DNA from: Corallococcus praedator
Lineage (GTDB): Bacteria > Myxococcota > Myxococcia > Myxococcales > Myxococcaceae
DNA: 58,951 nt
Direction of reading: 5' to 3'
Assembly: GCF_003612125.1 (NCBI RefSeq)
Contig: NZ_RAWI01000010.1
Coordinates: 1-58,951 of the forward strand
Below the pieces are notes generated by a model. The model saw only the letters and a program-made list of their open reading frames with translations, did not search any database and was not told the origin of the DNA. Position 1 is the stretch's first letter; each line of letters starts with the position of its first letter. The position numbers and the translations under genes are program-made. Positions 20,015-27,298 of this stretch are shown here, in pieces.

Positions 20015-22213
20015 TCACCGGAGCTGGGCGGCCACCAGCGCGTTGTAGTGGCTGCCCTGGGAGAGCAACTCGCGGTGGGTCCCCATTTCGACAATGCGGC
20101 CCTTGTCGAGCGTGATGATGAGATCCGCGCCCACCACCGTGCTGAGTCGATGGGCGATGACGATCCGGGTGCAGTTCAGCGCGGCAAGCGAGGCCTGGAC
20201 GCGCTGCTCGGTGATGGCATCCAAGGCGCTCGTGGCCTCATCCAGCAGCAGGATGGACGGCTTGCGGACCAGTGCACGCGCCAGGGCCAGCCGCTGCCGC
20301 TGACCGCCGGACAGCGAGGCGCCCCGGTCCACCAACGGCGTGTCATAGCCCATGGGCATCGCCATGATTTCATCGTGGATCTGCGCCAGCTTCGCCGCCT
20401 CGATGATGTCGTCCAACGGCAGCTCGGGATCGGCCAGGGCAATGTTGGCGCGCAGGGAGCCGCCGAAAATGTACGCGTTCTGCATCACGATTCCGACCTG
20501 ACGCCGGACCGAGCGCAGGTCGACCTCGCGCAGGTCCCGTCCATCGAAGCGAATCAGCCCCTCCGACGGCGAGTAGAGGCCCAGAAGCAGACTCGCGAGC
20601 GTGGACTTGCCCGCGCCCGTTCGTCCGACAATGGCCACCAGCTGCCCGGGCTTGACCACCAGATCGAGGTCCTGGAGCACCAACGGCCCGTTGGACGCAT
20701 ACCGGAAGGACACCTTCTCGAAAGAGATGCCTCCCTGAAGCACTCCCACCGGAGAGCAGGAGTCCGCTGCCTGCTCCGGCTCCGCCTGCATGACGTCGTT
20801 GATCCGCTCCAGGTAGCCGTTGAGCACCTGGACCTGGGCTGACGTGGACAACAGGTTCGACAGGGGGATGAAGAAGCCCGCGGACAGCGCGCTGAGCGCC
20901 ATCAGCGTGCCAAGGCTGAACTGTCCCCCCAACACCTGCGCGGCCCCAAAACAGAGCACCACGAGCGGCGAGCCCAGGCGCAAGGTGGCCTGGAGGGATT
21001 CCGTCAACGCGTTCAGGTGCCCCCGCTTGAGCGCCACGTTGAGGACATCCACCAGCATCCCCGACCAGCGCTCCGCGGCCCGGTATTCCACCCCCATCGC
21101 CTTGAGCGTCTCGATGCCCGCCAGCATCTCGATCTGGAACGTGCGCGAGCGCGCCTCCGCCTCCAGGTTCTGCGCCATCAGCTCGTACTGCTGCCGCCGC
21201 GTCGCCACGAAGATCATGACCTGGACCAGCGTCAGGCCCAGGACCAACAGGAAGATGGGGATGCTGATGAACGCGAGGATGACCAGACACAGCAGGCTCA
21301 TCACCCCATCCAGCACCGAGGACAGAAGCCCCGTGGTGAGCAACTCCCGCACCGCGGAGTTGCTGGACAGGCGGTTCATCAGGTCGCCCGAGGAGCGCCG
21401 CTGGAAGAAGGCATAGGGCAGGTCGAGCAGATGCTCCAGGAAGCTCAGGGTCATCTGCGCATCCAGCTCCACCCGCATGGCCACCAGGAAGAACGAGCGC
21501 GTGAGGGAGGAGAGCAGGTAGAAGAGCATCACCGACGCCATGGCCGCGCTGAGGATCCACAGCAACTGGACATCCCCGCGCGGAACCACCTTGTCGACCA
21601 GGACTCCCGTCAGCGCGGGCAGTCCAAGGGCAAAGAGCTGCACAAGCAACGAGGCGACCAGGATTCGCGCCAACAGCCCGGACTGCACCAGCAGCTTGTA
21701 AGCGTACCGTCGCAACGGCCGCTCGTCGGAGCGGGCCTTCTCGAAGGACTCTCCCGGCTCGAGCAACAGGGCGATGCCGGTAAAGGAACGGCTGAACTGG
21801 GCAAGGGCGATCCTGCGCCGCCCCACCCCTGGATCGACCACGTCGACCCATTCTCCGTCGAGCCGCTCGAAGAGGATGAAGTGCTGGAACTCCCAGTGGA
21901 GGATGGACCCGGGAGGCAGGTACTGCAGATCTCCCAGCTCCAATCGGGCGGCGCGCCCCCGCATCCGGAAGTGGCTGGCCGCGGCGAGGATCCCGGCGAG
22001 GCTCGCGCCATCGCGGGACAGCCCCATCACATCCCGGACCTCGTCCAAGCGGACTTCTCGGCCATGGTAGTTCAGCAGCATGGCCAGACAGGCCGCGCCG
22101 CACTCGGTGGCGCTGAGTTGCTGGATGTAGGGCAGCCGCTTGCGAGGGGCCTTGGGAATCAGCCGCCGCAGGGACGGAAACCGCTCGAGCAGGGACCTTG
22201 AAGTATCGGGCAT
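20015..22213 (-). CDS. peptidase-containing ABC transporter (PCAT): N-terminal C39 double-glycine peptidase, 6-TM domain, C-terminal ATPase
   Basis: C39 Cys motif QQLSATECGAACLAMLLNYHG; Walker A GRTGAGKST; signature LSGGQRQRLALARAL; Walker B ILLLDEATSALD. Confidence 0.9.
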   Translation of the reverse strand: MPDTSRSLLERFPSLRRLIPKAPRKRLPYIQQLSATECGAACLAMLLNYHGREVRLDEVRDVMGLSRDGASLAGILAAASHFRMRGRAARLELGDLQYLPPGSILHWEFQHFILFERLDGEWVDVVDPGVGRRRIALAQFSRSFTGIALLLEPGESFEKARSDERPLRRYAYKLLVQSGLLARILVASLLVQLFALGLPALTGVLVDKVVPRGDVQLLWILSAAMASVMLFYLLSSLTRSFFLVAMRVELDAQMTLSFLEHLLDLPYAFFQRRSSGDLMNRLSSNSAVRELLTTGLLSSVLDGVMSLLCLVILAFISIPIFLLVLGLTLVQVMIFVATRRQQYELMAQNLEAEARSRTFQIEMLAGIETLKAMGVEYRAAERWSGMLVDVLNVALKRGHLNALTESLQATLRLGSPLVVLCFGAAQVLGGQFSLGTLMALSALSAGFFIPLSNLLSTSAQVQVLNGYLERINDVMQAEPEQAADSCSPVGVLQGGISFEKVSFRYASNGPLVLQDLDLVVKPGQLVAIVGRTGAGKSTLASLLLGLYSPSEGLIRFDGRDLREVDLRSVRRQVGIVMQNAYIFGGSLRANIALADPELPLDDIIEAAKLAQIHDEIMAMPMGYDTPLVDRGASLSGGQRQRLALARALVRKPSILLLDEATSALDAITEQRVQASLAALNCTRIVIAHRLSTVVGADLIITLDKGRIVEMGTHRELLSQGSHYNALVAAQLR

Positions 22214-22220
22214 GACGCGC

Positions 22221-23156
22221 TCAGGGCAGGAAGGCCTTCAACGCTGGAACCAGGAGGACGAGCAGGCGCTCTGACTTGACCCGTGCCTGGGCCTGCCCGA
22301 GCATTCCGTCGAAGTAGTCGAGCTGCTCCCCCTCCACCTCGAAGGAGGTCCGGGGCACATGCGCCTGCACGAGCACGACGGCGCCCTCGACCGTGAAGCT
22401 CTCCCCCAGTTCGGGGCCCAGGTAGCGACGCACGGCGCTCGGCCCCACCAGCTCCTCGCCCACGGAATCGATGACGAGCTCCTGGTACTGGTAGGCGAAA
22501 CCCCGCACCTCCAAACGCATGGAGCCTCCCGCCCGAAGCAGGGGCCGGTATTCGCCCGGAAGCATCGCGGTCACCGTCAGCCGCTGGGACGGCTCCAGGA
22601 TCGACAGCGCCACCTCGCCGGCCACCAGATGCTGGCCCTCGCGGATGCGGACGTCGCTGACCACGCCCGCATGCGGCGCCAGCACGTTCCGGGACGACAG
22701 CCGGGCCCGCGCCAGCTCCTGCTGGGCACGAAGGCTGGTCAGCGCCGAGCGAGCCCCCTCGTCGTTGAGGTCGGTCAACCGCCGCGTCAGCTGCAGTTCG
22801 AATTCCCGGGTGAAACGTTCCAGGTCGGCGAGCTCCGTCGTGTCCGAAAGCCGCACCAACACCTGGCCCTGTTCAACCCGTTGCCCCGGACGCGCCTCCA
22901 CCGCCGTCACGACGCCTGACTCCTGGACGGGCAGTTCCGTACGACCTTCCAGGCGGATGACCGCGGGCCCCGTGGCGTACTCGAAGACGCGTCCGAAGAG
23001 ACCGAACGCGACGAAGAAGACCGAGGCCACGAGCACGAGCCAGAAGAGCGAGTGGGTCCAGGAAGGCGAGATGCGCAGGACCGCGCTGTACTGCTGGTTC
23101 TGGTTGTAGGCCTCGAGCGCCTCGGGGCGAAAAAGCTCCTCGTGCTTACGCGGCAT
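22221..23156 (-). CDS. HlyD-family membrane fusion (secretion adaptor) protein
   Basis: Single N-terminal TM (LFWLVLVASVFFVAFGLFG), then a coiled-coil/barrel-sandwich HlyD pattern; 8-bp gap to the PCAT gene. Confidence 0.7.
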   Translation of the reverse strand: MPRKHEELFRPEALEAYNQNQQYSAVLRISPSWTHSLFWLVLVASVFFVAFGLFGRVFEYATGPAVIRLEGRTELPVQESGVVTAVEARPGQRVEQGQVLVRLSDTTELADLERFTREFELQLTRRLTDLNDEGARSALTSLRAQQELARARLSSRNVLAPHAGVVSDVRIREGQHLVAGEVALSILEPSQRLTVTAMLPGEYRPLLRAGGSMRLEVRGFAYQYQELVIDSVGEELVGPSAVRRYLGPELGESFTVEGAVVLVQAHVPRTSFEVEGEQLDYFDGMLGQAQARVKSERLLVLLVPALKAFLP

Positions 23157-23186
23157 GAGCGTGCTCCTTCCAGAAGCCGTCTGGCC

Positions 23187-24146
23187 TCATTGAGACACGC
23201 AGGGGGCCGACTCGGTCGTCGCGCCACCGCCATCCGCTTCGGGCCGGACCCGGACCACTTCGCCAAAGGTGAACCGCATGTCGGTTGAACCGGTGTCCTG
23301 CACCGCCGTCGCGAACACCATCCGGGAAGCGGCATCCACCTCCGCGGCGATGCTGGTCACCTTCGCGCGCAGCAGCGCCTCCCCCGCCTTGGGACGCACC
23401 ACCACGGAGGCGCCCACCGCGAGGTCGCGGACCTGCCCCTCGGGAATGGCGAAGCGAACCCAGCCATCCTTGTCCTGGATGACCCGGAGGATGGGCGTGC
23501 CCACGCGCACCAGGGCTCCCACGGAGAGATAGCGCGCCGTCACCACGCCATCGAAGGGCGAGCGCAACCGGCCCTCCGCCAGCCGGGCCCGTGCCTGCTC
23601 CAGTTCGGCCTGCCGCTGCTGCAAGCGCGCCCGGGCGGCCTCCAGGTCCGCGACGGCCATCTGATGCTGGAAGCGGGCTTGCGCCACTTCCTGCGCGGGC
23701 AACACCCCCGCCGCGGGCAGCTCCGCGCGCGCCAGCAAGTCCTTCTTTTCATCCACGCTGACCCGCGCGCGGAGTTCCTCCGCCCGGGCGACCGCGAGCG
23801 CGGCCTCGGCCACGGCCAGCAGCTGCTCTTCCTCCTTCAGCTCCAGGACACCCAGCTCCGCGCCTTCCTTGACCCGGTCCCCCTCGCGCACGGCCAGCCG
23901 CTTCAGCCTGCCTTCCACGCGCGCGGTCACCTCCGCCGACTGCGCGGACAACGCCACCCCCAGCCACTCCTCACGTCGAAGCGCGATGGGAGGCCTGCAG
24001 GGCCCCCCACGCGTCAGGCTTGAAGAGGGTTCACGAAGGGGGATGACCCGGCTCTTGACGATGACCAAACCCAGGCAGGCGGACAGCGCCGCCAGCAGTC
24101 CGACAGCGCCGAGCCGAGTGGTCGACCAGCGTTTGAAGTACCTCAT
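23187..24146 (-). CDS. second HlyD/biotin-lipoyl-like periplasmic adaptor protein
   Basis: N-terminal TM (LGAVGLLAALSACLGLVIV), long Ala/Glu/Arg coiled coil, C-terminal beta-barrel segment. Confidence 0.6.
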   Translation of the reverse strand: MRYFKRWSTTRLGAVGLLAALSACLGLVIVKSRVIPLREPSSSLTRGGPCRPPIALRREEWLGVALSAQSAEVTARVEGRLKRLAVREGDRVKEGAELGVLELKEEEQLLAVAEAALAVARAEELRARVSVDEKKDLLARAELPAAGVLPAQEVAQARFQHQMAVADLEAARARLQQRQAELEQARARLAEGRLRSPFDGVVTARYLSVGALVRVGTPILRVIQDKDGWVRFAIPEGQVRDLAVGASVVVRPKAGEALLRAKVTSIAAEVDAASRMVFATAVQDTGSTDMRFTFGEVVRVRPEADGGGATTESAPCVSQ

Positions 24147-24182
24147 CTCCAGGGCCAGCCTACAGTGCCGGAGCAGACGCGA

Positions 24183-25409
24183 TCAAATGGTCGTCCTGCC
24201 CGCCATCTGCCCTGTGTTGAGCAGGTTCAACCCCGGGCAGGACCGCACGACCTTGTCTCCGTCACGCTCGGAATTGGCCAGCATCATGGTTTCGTCCGAC
24301 GCGTCCCGGAAGCCAGGCGCGGCCCAGACCTCGGGGAGGGAGGCCTCGTGCGCGTTCCCGAAGCCGCCGGGAAACAGCTCGCAGGTGGCGATGCGGCCCT
24401 CCGCGTCGATCTTGACCTTCATCTTTCCCGCGCCGCAGGGGGAGGGAGCAAAGGGCTTCAGCCAGCCGTTGCTGACCAGCTGGTTGCGCACGAGGGGCGA
24501 AATCCTCAGCGCCTGGGGAGAGCGGTCTCCGTTGAGCCGGCCGTGGATGATGTCGTCAAAGACGATGTAGTGGCCCAGTTCCTCCATCTGCTGCTTCATC
24601 TCCGCGAGCTGATCCGTGTTGCGCGTCCAGATGGTGCAATTGACCTTCACGCGGATGCCCACGTCCGCCAGGGCCCGCAGCCCCGCCATCGTCTTCACCA
24701 GGCTGCCTGCGACCGCCGTGAACTCGTCGTGGACCTCGGCGGTCGACCCATAGAGGCTGGCGTGGGTTTCGTGAGCGGGATCCTTCGCATAGTCCCGGGC
24801 CCGCTGCGCGGTGAACGTCGTCGCGTTCGTCTTGAGCACCGTATAGAGGTGCAGCGACTTCGCCTCGGTGACGAAGCGCTGGTAGCCGCGATGGAGCGTC
24901 GCCTCACCGCCGGTGAGGCTGACATCCAGACAGCCCATGGACGCCAGGTCCCGCAGCATCCGGAGCACCGTCTCGTCATCCACGTGCGCCGGCCGCTCCT
25001 CCTCGATCTTGTGCAGGACGAAGCAGTGCTGACACCGCAGATTGCAGCGGTAGGTGATCTCACACATTCCCGTCAGGGGAATGCGCTCCTGGAGGGACAG
25101 CTTGGGCAGCCGCGCTCCTGCCGCCCCCTTGAAGAGTCCTCCCATCGGGATCGGCTGCGAGACCTGCTGGAACTGGGCGAAGACGCCGCGGATCGCCTCG
25201 ATGACCGCCTGCTGTTGGGCATTGTCGGAAGAGCCCCCCTCCACCAGGCGCAGCAGACCGTCGAGCCCTGAAGACTCGACCAGTCTGCGCATCACCGTGA
25301 CCAGGGGGCCGTGGGCCAGATGACGCGCGCCATCGCGGCGACTCAGGACGGCCAGCTCATCATCATAGAAACGGAGGACCACCGCCTCGCTTCGATAGAT
25401 CGAGATCAT
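24183..25409 (-). CDS. radical SAM / SPASM-domain peptide-modifying enzyme with an N-terminal RRE-like extension
   Basis: CxxxCxxC (ITYRCNLRCQHCF) about 130 aa from the N-terminus; C-terminal Cys-rich SPASM region (CELFPGGFGNAHE..., SCPG). The ATG overlaps the stop of the upstream rSAM gene (ATGA). Confidence 0.85.
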   Translation of the reverse strand: MISIYRSEAVVLRFYDDELAVLSRRDGARHLAHGPLVTVMRRLVESSGLDGLLRLVEGGSSDNAQQQAVIEAIRGVFAQFQQVSQPIPMGGLFKGAAGARLPKLSLQERIPLTGMCEITYRCNLRCQHCFVLHKIEEERPAHVDDETVLRMLRDLASMGCLDVSLTGGEATLHRGYQRFVTEAKSLHLYTVLKTNATTFTAQRARDYAKDPAHETHASLYGSTAEVHDEFTAVAGSLVKTMAGLRALADVGIRVKVNCTIWTRNTDQLAEMKQQMEELGHYIVFDDIIHGRLNGDRSPQALRISPLVRNQLVSNGWLKPFAPSPCGAGKMKVKIDAEGRIATCELFPGGFGNAHEASLPEVWAAPGFRDASDETMMLANSERDGDKVVRSCPGLNLLNTGQMAGRTTI

Positions 25410-26644
25410 GCCCGCTCCTTCTCCCGCCACGTGTCCCACTGATTTCGGAACTCAGCCAGCCCGCCCTCGCGCATGAGGAGGTTGTTCGCGGGACACGGGG
25501 ACTTCAAACTGGCGCCACGAACGAAGCCCGCTGATTTGCAGTATTCGATCCAGAATTCACGAAACGCCGTCAGGTCCGCGGACCGGTTCCAGATGGCTTC
25601 CAGCCCCTGCTCGAAGGCATTTCCAAACAGGAGGGTGAGCTTGGGACATGCCCGAACGCTGCCGTCGGGCTCGATTCCCAGGCCGTTCATGGACGGCGTA
25701 CAAGGCAGTTCCCGCTTCTGCTTCACTTCCTTGCGCGGGATGTCCACCGTCAAGCCATCCGGTGCGGGTTTGCCGTCGAAGATGTCACCATGGATGGTGA
25801 CCGCCGCATATTTCACCTTCACGCCCAGCGGCATCAGCAGTTGGTTGATCTGCTCGTAGCCATGGTTCGTCGTGGAGGTCGCGAAATACTTCACGTGGAC
25901 AGGAACGCCCTCCTCCACGAGGTGACGCACGCCTCGGATGCTTGCATCATGTCCGGCCTTGGAGCCGGTGTAGCCCTCGGAGGAGGCCGCGTCGTAGCCG
26001 TAGATGGAGACCTCCACGCTTGAGACGAGCACGTTGCGCAAGGCCTTGGCGATGCGAGGCGTGATGCAGGAGCCGTTGGTGTTGATCTCCGCGGAGATGT
26101 TCTGCGCGCTGAGCGCATCCAGGAGGGTGAGGATGTCGGGGCGGATGAAGGGCTCTCCACCCGTGATGGTGGCGTAGGTGCACCCCAGCTCACCGGCCTG
26201 CCGGATGAGCGTCAACCATTGCTCGGTGGTCCCCTCGTGGCGCGATGCTCCAGACACCGGGGCAAGGCGTGCGCCCAGATAGCAGCCCTTGCACGCGAAA
26301 TTGCAGCGATGCGTCAACTCCAGATGCATCTTCCGGAGCTGCGGACGGGGCGGGGGTTCACGCGAGTCCAGGTCGAAGTCGGCTTCGTTCTCCAAGGCGC
26401 CCCGGGTGGCGAGCTTGGAGATGGCAGCCAGCACCCGGGCCCGGCTGGGGAGGTCCAACCCCCTCATGACGGTGTGCTGCATGTCGCTCTGGAGCTCCGC
26501 GAGCCCCACCAAGGTATCCCAGAGCTGGGCCGCTGGCCCCGACAGGGTGAACGACTCAGGATGAGGCATGCTCCAAGTCGCATGCGGAGTGATGCGATAG
26601 GAGCCATCTGGCTCCCGTTCAAATGAACTTTGAAGCTTGATCAC
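25406..26644 (-). CDS. radical SAM / SPASM-domain peptide-modifying enzyme with a PqqD-like RRE N-terminus
   Basis: LELTHRCNFACKGCYL radical-SAM cluster motif; auxiliary-cluster cysteines (CTPSMNG, CPKL, CPANN); N-terminal FTLSGPAAQLWDTLVG PqqD-like; GTG start with GGAGGG SD. Confidence 0.85.
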   Translation of the reverse strand: MIKLQSSFEREPDGSYRITPHATWSMPHPESFTLSGPAAQLWDTLVGLAELQSDMQHTVMRGLDLPSRARVLAAISKLATRGALENEADFDLDSREPPPRPQLRKMHLELTHRCNFACKGCYLGARLAPVSGASRHEGTTEQWLTLIRQAGELGCTYATITGGEPFIRPDILTLLDALSAQNISAEINTNGSCITPRIAKALRNVLVSSVEVSIYGYDAASSEGYTGSKAGHDASIRGVRHLVEEGVPVHVKYFATSTTNHGYEQINQLLMPLGVKVKYAAVTIHGDIFDGKPAPDGLTVDIPRKEVKQKRELPCTPSMNGLGIEPDGSVRACPKLTLLFGNAFEQGLEAIWNRSADLTAFREFWIEYCKSAGFVRGASLKSPCPANNLLMREGGLAEFRNQWDTWREKERA

Positions 26645-26717
26645 TTTGCCCTCCCGTCGGTCACCCTGCCGGAGACAGCTCCGTTGGGAACGGTTGCCTA
26701 ACGGACGTCAGACTGAA

Positions 26718-26894
26718 CTAGGCGCACTTCGAGCTGCAGATGATGATGTCACCGTCATCGCTGCCGCTCTTGAGGCCGCCCGTGATGTCCAGCAGGCGCG
26801 AGTCCACGCTGTCGATGGCCTTGCCGAGCTCGAGGCTGAGCTTCTGGGTCTTCTCGTTCTGGGCAACGGCGTCCTGCGTCTTGCTCTCGTTCAT
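26718..26894 (-). CDS. RiPP precursor peptide (58 aa) with a double-glycine leader and an 18-aa Cys/Asp/Ser-rich core; not in the ORF track (<60 aa)
   Basis: ATG with GGGAG SD. MNESKTQDAVAQNEKTQKLSLELGKAIDSVDSRLLDITGG-LKSGSDDGDIIICSSKCA. Leader fits the LSxxELxxIxGG-type consensus recognised by C39 peptidases. High GC3. 73 bp upstream of the rSAM pair, same strand. Confidence 0.75.
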   Translation of the reverse strand: MNESKTQDAVAQNEKTQKLSLELGKAIDSVDSRLLDITGGLKSGSDDGDIIICSSKCA

Positions 26895-27298
26895 GTTCAG
26901 CTCCCTTGGGTGGCACTGCGGTACAACACCTGGAGTGGATGGCGACCTGGGCCCCCACCTTCAGCGCGACGGGACTGACACAGCCTTGGCAACACCGAGG
27001 GCAGTGGAGCAGATCCTTCCTGGCCTGCGCCTGGGAAGGGATTCGACTCACACAAGCACCTTCCAGACAGCACAGGGCACCAAGGTGCCCTCCTCCCCCA
27101 CAAGTCCGCCCCGCACAAGATTGACGAAGCATCCAACAGCTAACGCGCCCCTGTCAATCCGGCAAACCCCGCTTACGAACTCAACTGGCATTGCCCCCTC
27201 ACAATCGCGCACACGCCCCCCAATCCACTTTCAATAACGCGTCAAGCCAAGTCTTCGCGAGATGAGAGGCGATCTCCCGCAAAAGCACGCAGCGACTC
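26895..27298 (-). promoter_or_regulatory. intergenic leader/promoter region of the precursor-rSAM-exporter operon (~400 bp, lower GC than the flanks)
   Basis: Non-coding in all frames, relatively AT-richer; no convincing sigma-54 or sigma-70 consensus could be placed by eye. Confidence 0.3.

Noticed and set aside
26718-26894. Suspected frameshift inside the precursor ORF (the track shows an Arg-rich ORF 26755-27132 through the same DNA)
   Set aside because: Careful re-reading shows the precursor frame runs uninterrupted from ATG (26894) to TAG (26718). The track ORF is simply the +1 antisense-style junk frame typical of high-GC DNA.
26895-27298. Sigma-54 type -24/-12 promoter (TGGCAC-N5-TTGC) upstream of the precursor
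   Set aside because: The TGGCAC string at about 26911 is on the wrong strand, and the GG-GC spacing in the correct orientation is 9 rather than 10 with poor consensus.
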